DNA of 64,000 nucleotides from IMG/VR virus record IMGVR_UViG_3300041416_000287, positions 176,449 to 240,448 of that record; one strand, 5' to 3'. Shown piece by piece: positions 40,550 to 49,968 of this stretch (position 1 is its first letter; each line of letters starts with the position of its first letter). The notes under the pieces were generated by a model. It saw only the letters and a program-made list of their open reading frames with translations, ran no database searches and was not told where the DNA came from. The position numbers and the translations under genes were made by a program.

Positions 40550-40999
40550 TCAGACTAATCCCTTGAGCCAGCTGAGCCCAGGTTGCTTACGTCGCTCACG
40601 TTCCTCATCTCCAGGCTCAAACAATCCTCTCGCGGCGAATTTGCCACACTTTGGGCAATGATACCGATTTCCCTCCGGAGTGCGGCTCACTGTCGGATAG
40701 AAGCCTCTCCAAAAACAAGAACCGCACTCGAACCGTATGCGAGGGCGTTCATCTGGTACTTTCTGCTTGGGGGCAACAAGAGATGGTGCAGTAGCACATT
40801 TCGGAACCAAAGAGCTCTTGGGTTCAGGAGCTCGATCACCGAATCCGAAAGAGCTCCCTGTGCCAAAAGATCGGGCTCCGAATACGCTCTTGTGTTCAGG
40901 CGTTCCGGAACCAAATGAAAATCCCGATCCAAAGGACGGAGACCCACATGATCTTATGTGTTCATACACATAAGTTTTTTTATGTTGTCGCTCAAGCAT
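40550..40999 (-). CDS. FG-rich segment plus zinc ribbon; start uncertain (possibly an orphaned 3' half)
   Basis: SFGSGFSFGSG...SSFGFG; CGSC...CPKCG; nearest in-frame ATG overlaps the end of the upstream gene, before its hairpin. Confidence 0.45.
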   Translation of the reverse strand: MLERQHKKTYVYEHIRSCGSPSFGSGFSFGSGTPEHKSVFGARSFGTGSSFGFGDRAPEPKSSLVPKCATAPSLVAPKQKVPDERPRIRFECGSCFWRGFYPTVSRTPEGNRYHCPKCGKFAARGLFEPGDEERERRKQPGLSWLKGLV

Positions 41000-41741
41000 T
41001 AAAGCTGGGATGCTGCGGAAGAGCCCCAAATGTCCGCGGTGGTGGAGCCGCGAACAGTTGTCCACGGCCTGGACCCTGGCCGCGCCCCCGCCCGCCCCGT
41101 CCACGGACTAGCCCCTGTCCTCGGCCGAGATCCTTCGGTTCAGGGACAGTCGCTGGGGTAGCCTTAGGCTGAGGAATCGGGCGAGCAGCGAATGCTGCGG
41201 GCCCAGTGGTAGGTGGTTCCTGTACAAGCGGGTCCAGTTCCATGAAGTCAGGGGCAATAACTGGGCGCGGATTCAATCGTGGCCGCTTTGCCGCTGGTTC
41301 GGCTGTTCCATCAACTGGAGGCCCCGATTGAGCCTCCGGAATAGCAATTGCATGGGATCGTTTCGGCGCTCGCGCAGCTTCCGATTGAAGAGCTGCTACC
41401 CCACCAATGATAAAGTTCCGCTGCGCCCGGAACCAGGCGTTGAACTGACTTGAGAAGATATCATGTGAGTGAAAGGCGCAGCGAGAGCTTCCGAAAGCCA
41501 ATGGTCGACTGCATCGTTGCCCCGCCGAGGGTTGATTCAGGAATACGTAATCGCATCCAAACGGAACAGGTTCGCCACTCATGCTGTGAGAATGCGGGTC
41601 TTCGTATTCACAGAGCGCGTGAATAGCACAGAACCGGTACCAAATGTCGGCAGAGTCAGCACTGCTGACATCTAGGCGGGGAGCATGGTAAGGATGATTC
41701 TTGAGCCACACAACGATTCGAGCTGCGTAGGTGGATGTCAT
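40992..41741 (-). CDS. Zinc-finger paralog family member 2 with RGG-like tail
   Basis: WLKNHPYH...WYRFC...CEYE...GCDY...RCSRPL...CAFH. Confidence 0.75.
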   Translation of the reverse strand: MTSTYAARIVVWLKNHPYHAPRLDVSSADSADIWYRFCAIHALCEYEDPHSHSMSGEPVPFGCDYVFLNQPSAGQRCSRPLAFGSSRCAFHSHDIFSSQFNAWFRAQRNFIIGGVAALQSEAARAPKRSHAIAIPEAQSGPPVDGTAEPAAKRPRLNPRPVIAPDFMELDPLVQEPPTTGPAAFAARPIPQPKATPATVPEPKDLGRGQGLVRGRGGRGRGQGPGRGQLFAAPPPRTFGALPQHPSFNA

Positions 41742-41787
41742 CGTATGAGATAGACTATTGCTTTAAATACAATAGATCATTAATATA

Positions 41788-41795
41788 TCAATTTT
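41788..41795 (-). promoter_or_regulatory. AAAATTGA early-promoter-like motif
   Basis: AAAATTGATATATTAA 47 bp upstream of the 41741 ATG; variants at similar distance upstream of 40303, 42728 and 43198. Confidence 0.55.
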
Positions 41796-41897
41796 TTACG
41801 GATTTCGATAATCATTAGGCTGATGGGCCAAGGGATATCGATGATATCGATAGGATCGCCATACTACTTGTTAAGTAGAATGGTTTCTGAAAATCGT

Positions 41898-42728
41898 TCA
41901 TTCACGATATCCGAACAGACTTGGGAGCTCCCAAATATGAATGCCTCGCTGTCCAGCCCAAGACTTAGATTCAGGGGATAGAGGCATGATTGTAGTGGTC
42001 GTCACGTACATCACATAACCCCGACACTCAGCGATTCCTAGTTCATTCGAACATACAATCCAATTCGTTCCCTCTTCAAAGTACAGACCAGGAATAACGA
42101 ACGGAACGACTTTGAGATCACTCAGAATCTTAGGAGTACGGGCAATACGAATTCCCTGATTTCCACACCAAGTACCGAGCTCGCTTGTCAAGGAGAGAAG
42201 CTTGGTTTCATCCTTAAGATCGACATAGCCGATACATTCTAGACTCGATGAACACGACCGAATAATCACGTTGTTGATGGGCACACGGTACAATCCATTT
42301 CCGTATGAAATCACATCGAGTTGTTTACCGAGCTTCACCACATTGGCATGATCGCGACCTATCTTACGCAAATCATCGTTCAGAAAGATGGAATGGTCGT
42401 GAAAAGCGCAAAGATTCCTTCCCGCAACACATTTGACGTTGCATCGACGCCTCCCGAATGGGCCCCAAGAAAAGATAAATGTGCAACCCTCATCACCCGA
42501 GAAAGTGGGATGATTATGGAAAACACAAAAATCGCTTCCGGCATCGCACTGAAAATTACATGGACCATAGGATGGATCTGCGGAGGGACGATATTTGCAA
42601 CCACCATCAATACGCTTTCCTACCTTCTGAAACATTTCGGGATCTTCATATTCCATATATCCGTTCGCCACATGATCAGGGTGGTCTCGAATCCAAGTGG
42701 TAATCTGAGGACCGTACTGAGTCAGCAT
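41898..42728 (-). CDS. Zinc-finger paralog family member 3 (two C3H fingers plus two C-terminal ECxGY modules)
   Basis: WIRDHPDH; GCKY..C..C..CVFH and GCTF...RC...CAFH; two L.V.....LY...N.I...EC.GY...L.....W modules. Confidence 0.75.
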   Translation of the reverse strand: MLTQYGPQITTWIRDHPDHVANGYMEYEDPEMFQKVGKRIDGGCKYRPSADPSYGPCNFQCDAGSDFCVFHNHPTFSGDEGCTFIFSWGPFGRRRCNVKCVAGRNLCAFHDHSIFLNDDLRKIGRDHANVVKLGKQLDVISYGNGLYRVPINNVIIRSCSSSLECIGYVDLKDETKLLSLTSELGTWCGNQGIRIARTPKILSDLKVVPFVIPGLYFEEGTNWIVCSNELGIAECRGYVMYVTTTTIMPLSPESKSWAGQRGIHIWELPSLFGYRE

Positions 42729-42868
42729 GACAGTGATTTACTACGTGATGGTTCTAAAGATAATTATACGCTAGTTTATCAATTATTCATCTTGTGTAGT
42801 AATCACTAAGACAATAAAGCCTGAATCTTATGTGTTCATACACATAAGTTTTTTTTTGATATTGTGGC

Positions 42869-43198
42869 TCAAGCATTGAAGCTAGAATGTTGCGGGGGAG
42901 CCCAACCGTGAATCCCAACTCCGAATGTCGGTTGGCCCCCGAACATAAATGCTTGTTGATCCTTAGTCTCGGGGGCAGAAGGGGGATCAACATCCATAGG
43001 ATCGTAAACGGATGGCGGTTGATATCCGGACCAAAATCCCGGTTGGCCGCTGAATGCTGGGCGGCCCCCGAACCCAAATGCCGATTGATCCTTGGGCTCA
43101 GGGGCAGAGGGCGTATCGACGTTCATGGGAACGTAAAAGGACACCGGCCGATACCCGGACTTAGCCTTGAACTCAGCAGGAACGCCAGTGCGCCACAT
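42869..43198 (-). CDS. Short protein with duplicated PMxVD...FG repeat
   Basis: YVPMNVDTPSAPEPKDQSAFGFGG / YDPMDVDPPSAPETKDQQAFMFGG; ends PQHSSFNA* like the 40992 gene. Confidence 0.55.
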   Translation of the reverse strand: MWRTGVPAEFKAKSGYRPVSFYVPMNVDTPSAPEPKDQSAFGFGGRPAFSGQPGFWSGYQPPSVYDPMDVDPPSAPETKDQQAFMFGGQPTFGVGIHGWAPPQHSSFNA

Positions 43199-43420
43199 GA
43201 CTGGTATCCGAATGGTAGGTCTACTCTCTTAAACCTAGTTTCCCGTTAATATATCAATTATTTATTGATGTGCTAATCACTAGGATCATAAAGCCTTGAG
43301 AATTAATAATATACGAATAATAAGAAATGATGGCTTCTATCTATATGAATCTTGCGAGTCTGTACTAGTAAGAGTTTTTTTTTGATTCTGATCTTTCACC
43401 TCACTAGACCGACGAACCGG

Positions 43421-44128
43421 CTACGCGACTGGAGCATCCGTATAGCCGATGTTACGATATTGGCACCATACCTTCAAATCGGTAGTTAGCGGAGCGATGT
43501 CTCCGACTCCAACATCAGCCCATCCTTGTCGCTTCGCCCGGGCTTCATCCGGGATGTAACCTACACACACCACGTGCCCAGAAGTAATCTGGTAGACGAT
43601 GACGTTGTTCTCGACCGCCCGGTACAAATTCGGGGCGAATGTCACCACGTTGAGCGAAGTCTTTGGCGGAGGCGAAACCGGCTCGATGCCCTCAGGAGCC
43701 GGAGTACCGCCAAAGTCGCCGATGATGATCGGGGCCGGCTCGACGCGCTTAGGAGCTGGAGTACCGCCGCGAACGCGTGCAAAGTCGGCATCGATCGCGG
43801 CGAGTTGTTGCGAGATCCAGTGGCGGACCTCGGTTGAGAAGACGGGATGATTGTGGAAAGCACACCGATCTTTTCCCGGAACCAAGGGCCGATTGCAACG
43901 CGTGCCCTTGAAGGACCCCAAGGAGAAGATGAGCGAACAACCATTCGCCACAGGCTCCTCAGTCATGCCATGATTCGTCGACCGTTCGTACTCGCAGATG
44001 ATCACAGGATCGGCACAGAAGCGGAACCAAGTCTCACCGGGAGTACAATCTTCAACATCCGAATCATAAAGATGCGCAGGATGATCCTTGATCCAGACAA
44101 CAATGCGGCGAATAGTTTCGGGATCCAT
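43421..44128 (-). CDS. Zinc-finger paralog family member 4
   Basis: WIKDHPAH...WFRFC...CEYE...GCSL...RCNRPL...CAFH plus C-terminal CVGY...PLT...WC module. Confidence 0.75.
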   Translation of the reverse strand: MDPETIRRIVVWIKDHPAHLYDSDVEDCTPGETWFRFCADPVIICEYERSTNHGMTEEPVANGCSLIFSLGSFKGTRCNRPLVPGKDRCAFHNHPVFSTEVRHWISQQLAAIDADFARVRGGTPAPKRVEPAPIIIGDFGGTPAPEGIEPVSPPPKTSLNVVTFAPNLYRAVENNVIVYQITSGHVVCVGYIPDEARAKRQGWADVGVGDIAPLTTDLKVWCQYRNIGYTDAPVA

Positions 44129-44257
44129 AGTCTAAGATGGTCTAATGGACTAGGTATGATTGATGATTAATACAACAGTTATTTATTCGATGTCGTCATC
44201 ATTAGGTATATTGGGCCTTGAAGCTGGGGCCTATGTACAGGCCTCAACGTTTTTTTT

Positions 44258-45229
44258 TCACACACAGACCAAGCGCATTCCAATACACCTCAGCCTGAGC
44301 TCGGGAGTCAATGGAGTGATCTCGCCTTGATTCAAATAGCCTACACATTCCCATTGTTCATCTGGCCTGGGCCGCAGAATTAGATTGTGATCCTGTTCGA
44401 GGTACAAATCTTCACGGAATGGATGTACGGTGATGTGAATCACATGGACCTTTTGGGCAAGACCGCCTGTCGCTTGAGGAGGTGGGGTCCTATTCTTTTC
44501 ACGACAGCGTTGGGCCTTCTTTCGAATGACATCGGGCATCCCGCCATCATAGAATTCACCGAGTTGCATCATATAAGAATCGAAATCAGCAGCCCTGACA
44601 TTGAAGGCACAGACCACATTGGTCATATCCCAATCAAGGTTCATTTTGGTGAGGAATTCAAATAGATCGAAAGCTGCCATCCAATTGGAAAAGTTGACCG
44701 TCTTCCCATAAAGAAGATCGACGAGGTTCTTCAGCGTGTCCGTGTCAAGATCAAGTTGTATGGTCTCTTGGCCAATATATTGTGTAAAGAAATCCAGCTC
44801 CAACAACACGCCCATATGAGCGGGAGTCGCGACACCATCTAATGAAATTAGACCGACGTTGGGAGGCCCCTGAAAATCTTGAGTTAGATCGGGAATCTCC
44901 TTGTAAAAAAGTCGAACCTCTCCAAGAGGTTCCTTGGCACCAATGCGAGCATCATCTTGAGCATCGTCATAGGCCTCAAGATCATCCACAATGTCCATGA
45001 CAGACAAGTGTAGAGATCGACTAGTTGGCAATGGTTGTGGCGGAAGATCGTACCGAGCCGCCACGATCTTCTGGGCACAATTTGCACAGAAATGTTCGTA
45101 GTGAACGGCCATGTGAGTACATTGTTGTCCCCGAAGTCCACCGCGGGTGAATGTGTACTTGCACTGAACGGGAGGAATGTCATCCTTGATGGCAAAGCGA
45201 AACTTCCGATTAATAATATGGTAGGCCAT
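44258..45229 (-). CDS. Zinc finger + BTB-like + ECVGY module protein (family member 5)
   Basis: CKYTFTRG..RGQQC...FCANC; AHMGVL..LDFF...TLKNLVDLLYG (BTB-like); ECVGY...PLT. Confidence 0.7.
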   Translation of the reverse strand: MAYHIINRKFRFAIKDDIPPVQCKYTFTRGGLRGQQCTHMAVHYEHFCANCAQKIVAARYDLPPQPLPTSRSLHLSVMDIVDDLEAYDDAQDDARIGAKEPLGEVRLFYKEIPDLTQDFQGPPNVGLISLDGVATPAHMGVLLELDFFTQYIGQETIQLDLDTDTLKNLVDLLYGKTVNFSNWMAAFDLFEFLTKMNLDWDMTNVVCAFNVRAADFDSYMMQLGEFYDGGMPDVIRKKAQRCREKNRTPPPQATGGLAQKVHVIHITVHPFREDLYLEQDHNLILRPRPDEQWECVGYLNQGEITPLTPELRLRCIGMRLVCV

Positions 45230-45320
45230 GACAGAGTCTAAGGTCGATTGGATATGGTGTCTAGTTTATCTATCACTTTCATAAATTAACGTAGAAACTA
45301 GTCTCATCTAATGAGACTAA

Positions 45321-46229
45321 TTATGACAATGTTTTACACACGATGCCCCCAAAGTTAGTATCAAAGATCGATACTTGACCACAAGGACAGGGCTCGCCAC
45401 GAACGCAAGCGAATTGGGCAGTCAATACACTTTGGGCATTAATAAGATCGGGATTACTACTGAGAGCCGCAAGCGTTCCCTGCAAACATGGGCTTCCAGC
45501 TAGCCCGCTGCAGCCTAATGGTTGCCCCATACATAGAAGAAGTTCTTGAAGGGTAAAACTATTACTGGCCGTAGCACTCACAAAATTGCAACCCGGACTG
45601 GATAGGGGTAGCCAGGAAATAGGCGCATTACAAAAAGTAGTTCCTGGGTTATTGAACTGGATCGGAGGAGTATCGGTCTGAGTTCCTCCAGCATCAACAA
45701 ATGTAGCCCTTTGAGGGAAACTAATTCGTTGACCAGGAAGAGTGGTGAAAGCACTGCCATTTGAGGTGGTGAAAGCACTCAGGACATATTCCGGACATTG
45801 AGAAACGGATAAGCAAGCACACTCAGTACCAGTCTCACAAACGCCACTGATATTTGTCGATCCATCTGATTGGACGGCAAAAGGAGTCAACGGATTATCG
45901 CAAGCGAATCGGCTGTTGCATATAGATTCAGCCGGATTTATAGTGATGGGTGCATTCAACACCGGACAGGTCTTAATACCAGATCGAAGGTTAGTTCCAC
46001 ACTGTCCGGCCGCACAGGTAAAAACAGTTTGAGTTCTCACATCGGACTTCACGGGATTTTGAGGAGTCGTACTTTGGAAGTGTGAAGCGATCAAAAGATA
46101 TAACATAATCCCCAGGAAGACGAGAAGTATAATAAGAGTAATCAATGGCAAAATAGTATCGGGAGTTTCATCTGGGGTCGTTATTAACGCCCGACCCGAG
46201 TCACGATCTAATATACTGACCCGACTCAT
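45321..46229 (-). CDS. N-anchored Cys-rich membrane protein (probable virion entry protein)
   Basis: TM helix followed by many Cys; both ends bounded by hairpins. Confidence 0.75.
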   Translation of the reverse strand: MSRVSILDRDSGRALITTPDETPDTILPLITLIILLVFLGIMLYLLIASHFQSTTPQNPVKSDVRTQTVFTCAAGQCGTNLRSGIKTCPVLNAPITINPAESICNSRFACDNPLTPFAVQSDGSTNISGVCETGTECACLSVSQCPEYVLSAFTTSNGSAFTTLPGQRISFPQRATFVDAGGTQTDTPPIQFNNPGTTFCNAPISWLPLSSPGCNFVSATASNSFTLQELLLCMGQPLGCSGLAGSPCLQGTLAALSSNPDLINAQSVLTAQFACVRGEPCPCGQVSIFDTNFGGIVCKTLS

Positions 46230-46303
46230 GGATATCGTTTAATATATTTGCCCAAATATATTAATGCGTTACGATTGACCGATTAATTAATGTATTATTC
46301 ACT

Positions 46304-46483
46304 ATGGATAAAATGCTGTGGTCTGAGGTTATCGAAGACATCGAGATTATTTATGCTGTCACTACAATTGTGGTTATCGGTGCTGGCTACTTGGCGATCG
46401 TAGGAATTAGAAAGTGGTGCCAAGACCTCAATAATACGGTTCCTCCACATCAGCAGGAACTACGACGGCTGAATGCCGAATAA
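46304..46483 (+). CDS. 59-aa single-TM microprotein, below the ORF-track cutoff
   Basis: MDKMLWSEVIEDIEIIYAVTTIVVIGAGYLAIVGIRKWCQ...; stop followed at once by hairpin AAAACATATACC-gcaa-GGTATATGTTTT. Confidence 0.55.
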   Translation: MDKMLWSEVIEDIEIIYAVTTIVVIGAGYLAIVGIRKWCQDLNNTVPPHQQELRRLNAE

Positions 46484-46526
46484 AAACATATACCGCAAGG
46501 TATATGTTTTCCCAAACCCCATAAAT

Positions 46527-48155
46527 CTATGATTCGATACTTACGAATGCTGAGCTAGATGGAGTGAAAGAGCCACCAACCGTGGGTTGATAGGGAGTTA
46601 CTGGCGGGGCTTGATAAGTTGTTATCGGTGGAGGAGTCGGAGATGAGCTTATGGGGATTATATTTCCCATTACTGGATGGATGAAGAGAATAATAAGGAA
46701 AATCAAGGCCAAAGCAATTCCAATGGCCAACAAAGTATACAACCAAGCATTCTTTTTCTGTTCAGCCTGAGCTGCGGCAGCTTCGGCTTCAAATTCAGTA
46801 TACGGATTAATAGACCCTCCCGTGCAAGAAACAGCCAGTGTCACGGGACCAGTAGTTCCCGGATTTGTCTGAGTGCAGGTAAAGGCTCCACAGCCGGCTG
46901 ATACTGGGATCACACTCCCGCCAACCGTCGAATTCATGATATCAAGGGTAGTGTTTGAAATAATACACGAGCAATTGGCAGTGCCGCAGTTCGCACAAAT
47001 CTGGTCGAAGTTGATACCAGCGCCGATTTGCGAATTAATAAGATTAACCGTCACCCCATCAATGATGCAAGTATCTTGTTGGCAGACTATTGGGGCGCCA
47101 TTAATTCCCACGATTGGAATCGTTCCAGCTCGATTGCACATAGGAGTACATTCTGGCGGAATATTAAATTGGGCTGAATAGGTCTCATACTCTCCAGCTG
47201 GAAGATGACAACCACAAAATTGAGCCGTAGTTGGATTCAATGAGATTCGCTGGGCGGTTTTAGTTGCACATACCGTTTCCAATCCACTTTGACACACTCC
47301 AGGATAAGGACAACAAATATTATTATAAATGAAATCCTGCCAAGGGTTAAATCCAGGAAATCCCGGAATTGTGCCGACAGTAAATCCCTGTTGCTGATAT
47401 CGGTTGAACGCTGCCGTCATTAACTGCTGAGCCCAAAAATAGCCTTCTGAATCAACTGGAACCGGAGGAGCGAGATTACACGTTCCCGGAATCGGAATTG
47501 GAGGCTGGAAACAGCCTATAGGTGAAAGACCACGAAATAAGTTTCTGGTCAAAGCATAAGTACAACTTCCGGCTGTTGCACCTTGAGTCCAACGACTCAA
47601 CCAAGCCGTACTATTGGGATCATCAGTGGGAAGTGTTCCCGTACAATATTGTGTTAACACATTTTGACAGTCTGTACTAGTCAACAATCGATAATTCGGT
47701 TGGCCATTCAGACCATCAGAACAAGCTTGTTGATGATTTGGATCAGAGTAACATTGCGGGGGATTCCCACTTGGCACCTGTCCACTACAAGTCAAATCAT
47801 TAAAGCAGCAGGTTACTGGATTACCAGTGAAAGACTGTCGTTGACATGATAATCCTCCACCAATAATACCACAACATCCATGGCAGCATCCGAAGCCTCC
47901 ACCGAAATCTCGAAATGGTTCACAATCATCATATGAACACTCAGTATCCAGCGTTTCTGGGTTACCCCATTCTCCGGCACTACTCATGAGACCACAATAT
48001 TGGGCCCGATAGGAATTCCCGCCAACGCCCAGTAAAGTACAGAATCCAGGCATGGCCTGCAAAGATCCGTCAGAATTGAAAGGTCGACTGCCTTGACTTA
48101 CAGCACAAAGATTAGTAGTCACTGGTGTCTCAATGTTTGAGCAATTATTCCCCAT
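46527..48155 (-). CDS. Myristoylated entry-fusion-complex-like protein (A16/G9/J5 family-like)
   Basis: Probable start MGNNCS (N-myristoylation consensus); CCF, YC, FCGCH, CTPMC, CQQDTCIID, INFDQIC; C-terminal TM. Confidence 0.78.
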   Translation of the reverse strand: MGNNCSNIETPVTTNLCAVSQGSRPFNSDGSLQAMPGFCTLLGVGGNSYRAQYCGLMSSAGEWGNPETLDTECSYDDCEPFRDFGGGFGCCHGCCGIIGGGLSCQRQSFTGNPVTCCFNDLTCSGQVPSGNPPQCYSDPNHQQACSDGLNGQPNYRLLTSTDCQNVLTQYCTGTLPTDDPNSTAWLSRWTQGATAGSCTYALTRNLFRGLSPIGCFQPPIPIPGTCNLAPPVPVDSEGYFWAQQLMTAAFNRYQQQGFTVGTIPGFPGFNPWQDFIYNNICCPYPGVCQSGLETVCATKTAQRISLNPTTAQFCGCHLPAGEYETYSAQFNIPPECTPMCNRAGTIPIVGINGAPIVCQQDTCIIDGVTVNLINSQIGAGINFDQICANCGTANCSCIISNTTLDIMNSTVGGSVIPVSAGCGAFTCTQTNPGTTGPVTLAVSCTGGSINPYTEFEAEAAAAQAEQKKNAWLYTLLAIGIALALIFLIILFIHPVMGNIIPISSSPTPPPITTYQAPPVTPYQPTVGGSFTPSSSAFVSIES

Positions 48156-48220
48156 AATCCCTTTGCAAAACAGGGATAAAATCACAAAACTACAAAATTG
48201 GCAAAATAGTGCTATAGTAC

Positions 48221-48718
48221 TTATTCAGTGAAGGCAATTTCATCCCCATAACTAGGGATAGTATCCTCAATATAATCATAACTTTGACCATTCTCATTAT
48301 TGATAAGATGAATTGTGTGCCCTCCTAGTTGCCTGGCTGAAATTTGATATGGAATTCCTGGCTCCTGGGTAATGTCTTCGATCTCCTCAGAAGCATCATC
48401 ATATAATATGGCCCTAAATTGACTCATGCTGACAACTTTATCGCGGTTATAGGGCACTGATAATTTGTATGAGTGTCCTAGGCGCTCATAAGTCACAATT
48501 GCTCCAGCATCCATACTATCGTTATCGATTATTTTAAGGATAGGAGGAGTTGATTGATTCGATGTTCCGGCATGATTTAGTGTGTCCACAAGCTTGAGCA
48601 ATAATTGGAAGCGATTATAGTGGAATTGTACCCAAAGAATAACATAGCCAAAATAGTGTCGATATCGTACAGCAATTAGTAGCAACACCAGAAAAGGGCC
48701 TGTCCAATAAATATCCAT
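48221..48718 (-). CDS. N-anchored hypothetical protein
   Basis: Hydrophobic N-terminus; DITQEPGIPY.ISA..LGG. Confidence 0.7.
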   Translation of the reverse strand: MDIYWTGPFLVLLLIAVRYRHYFGYVILWVQFHYNRFQLLLKLVDTLNHAGTSNQSTPPILKIIDNDSMDAGAIVTYERLGHSYKLSVPYNRDKVVSMSQFRAILYDDASEEIEDITQEPGIPYQISARQLGGHTIHLINNENGQSYDYIEDTIPSYGDEIAFTE

Positions 48719-48801
48719 CTTTATATGTTTAATAGTGGGCCTTAAACCTCAAATTTGATCTGACATAGTAATACTATATAATCTTCCCACAACTTAGATT
48801 C

Positions 48802-49659
48802 ATGGCTAAGCACCTTACTCTTAACATCGTGCAACCCGCAGCTCAAAGTCCACAAGTTCAACAAGGTAGTCTCACCATCCTGTCCTGGAATGTGAACGGA
48901 TATACAGTTGGAATTCATGAGTGGTTGTTGGGATTGATTCAGCGATCACACATTGACATTATCTTCCTGAGTGAGACCAAGAAGCGAGAAGAGGAGTTGA
49001 ACCTCAAATTCGCAGCCTTCACCAATTACAATGTCATCATCAATGCCCATGAGCCAGCTCGTTATCACGGTGTGGCTATGTTGATTCGCAAAGAACATCA
49101 ATATGTCCGAATTCCTATTCAAATGGGAATTGCACCACGTTCTGATACTAAAGTCCCCGAAGCGGCAACCGGGCGAATCATCGCCGTTCAAATGCGGGGT
49201 CTGAACATCATTGGCTCCTATACCCCGAATAGCAGTGGAGCTTTGGATGAGACAAAGTTGACATATCGAGTTCGAACCTGGGATCCGGCCTTTGCCCAGA
49301 TTTTAGAGCAACTACGGGCCAATGCTCCAACAGTTTGGATGGGAGATATCAATGTGGCTCCTACTGACTTAGACATTTCTAATCCGGGCACGATGCGGTC
49401 ATGGGCCGGTTGTTCTCCACAAGAGCGGGCCAATTTCGCCACCCTCATCGGCACTGGCAATTGGGTCGATGTGTGGCGGTATCAGCATCCCCAACAACGT
49501 GGTTATTCTTGGGTTGGATCGACGAGAAGACCAAATTATGGAATGCGGTTGGACAATATCATTGTTTCAGCCCCATTACTGGAACGAGTCACGCAGACAA
49601 TCATGATATCAGAATGCCCCATCTCTGATCACATCCCGGTTGGGGCTCAGATCATATAA
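48802..49659 (+). CDS. xthA: Exodeoxyribonuclease III / AP endonuclease
   Basis: ILSWNVNG, FLSETK, GVA, GR, Y.PNS, GDINVA, D.WR, YSW, RLD, SDH.P. Confidence 0.93.
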   Translation: MAKHLTLNIVQPAAQSPQVQQGSLTILSWNVNGYTVGIHEWLLGLIQRSHIDIIFLSETKKREEELNLKFAAFTNYNVIINAHEPARYHGVAMLIRKEHQYVRIPIQMGIAPRSDTKVPEAATGRIIAVQMRGLNIIGSYTPNSSGALDETKLTYRVRTWDPAFAQILEQLRANAPTVWMGDINVAPTDLDISNPGTMRSWAGCSPQERANFATLIGTGNWVDVWRYQHPQQRGYSWVGSTRRPNYGMRLDNIIVSAPLLERVTQTIMISECPISDHIPVGAQII

Positions 49660-49700
49660 AAAAATGAACCATCACTGATATATTATCAGTGATTTCTAAA

Positions 49701-49916
49701 ATGACTAAGACTATGTTTGAGACCTTATCTGATATCGTACTCCAGACATTACCATCAGCACGTGATCGGGCGTGTAAGCATATTAAGAAGAAAGAACCGA
49801 TGATAGAAATAGTGTACCAAGATGAGGATTCTATGGTGTTCCAAATTCTTGAGATCAATGATTCAGATGAGTTAAGTAAACGAGTGACGCCTTTGATGAA
49901 TGTGATAATGAAATGA
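49701..49916 (+). CDS. Small hypothetical protein
   Basis: Short ORF ending at a hairpin shared with VLTF2. Confidence 0.35.
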   Translation: MTKTMFETLSDIVLQTLPSARDRACKHIKKKEPMIEIVYQDEDSMVFQILEINDSDELSKRVTPLMNVIMK

Positions 49917-49968
49917 AATATGTAACGAGTGTCACATATTTTCAAGGACCTTGTAATGAAGACCTACA

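Noticed and set aside
42787-43077. 96-aa ORF overlapping 42869..43198
   Set aside because: Runs through the terminator hairpin in a shifted frame; the 42869 frame holds the conserved repeat and the shared PQHxSFNA end
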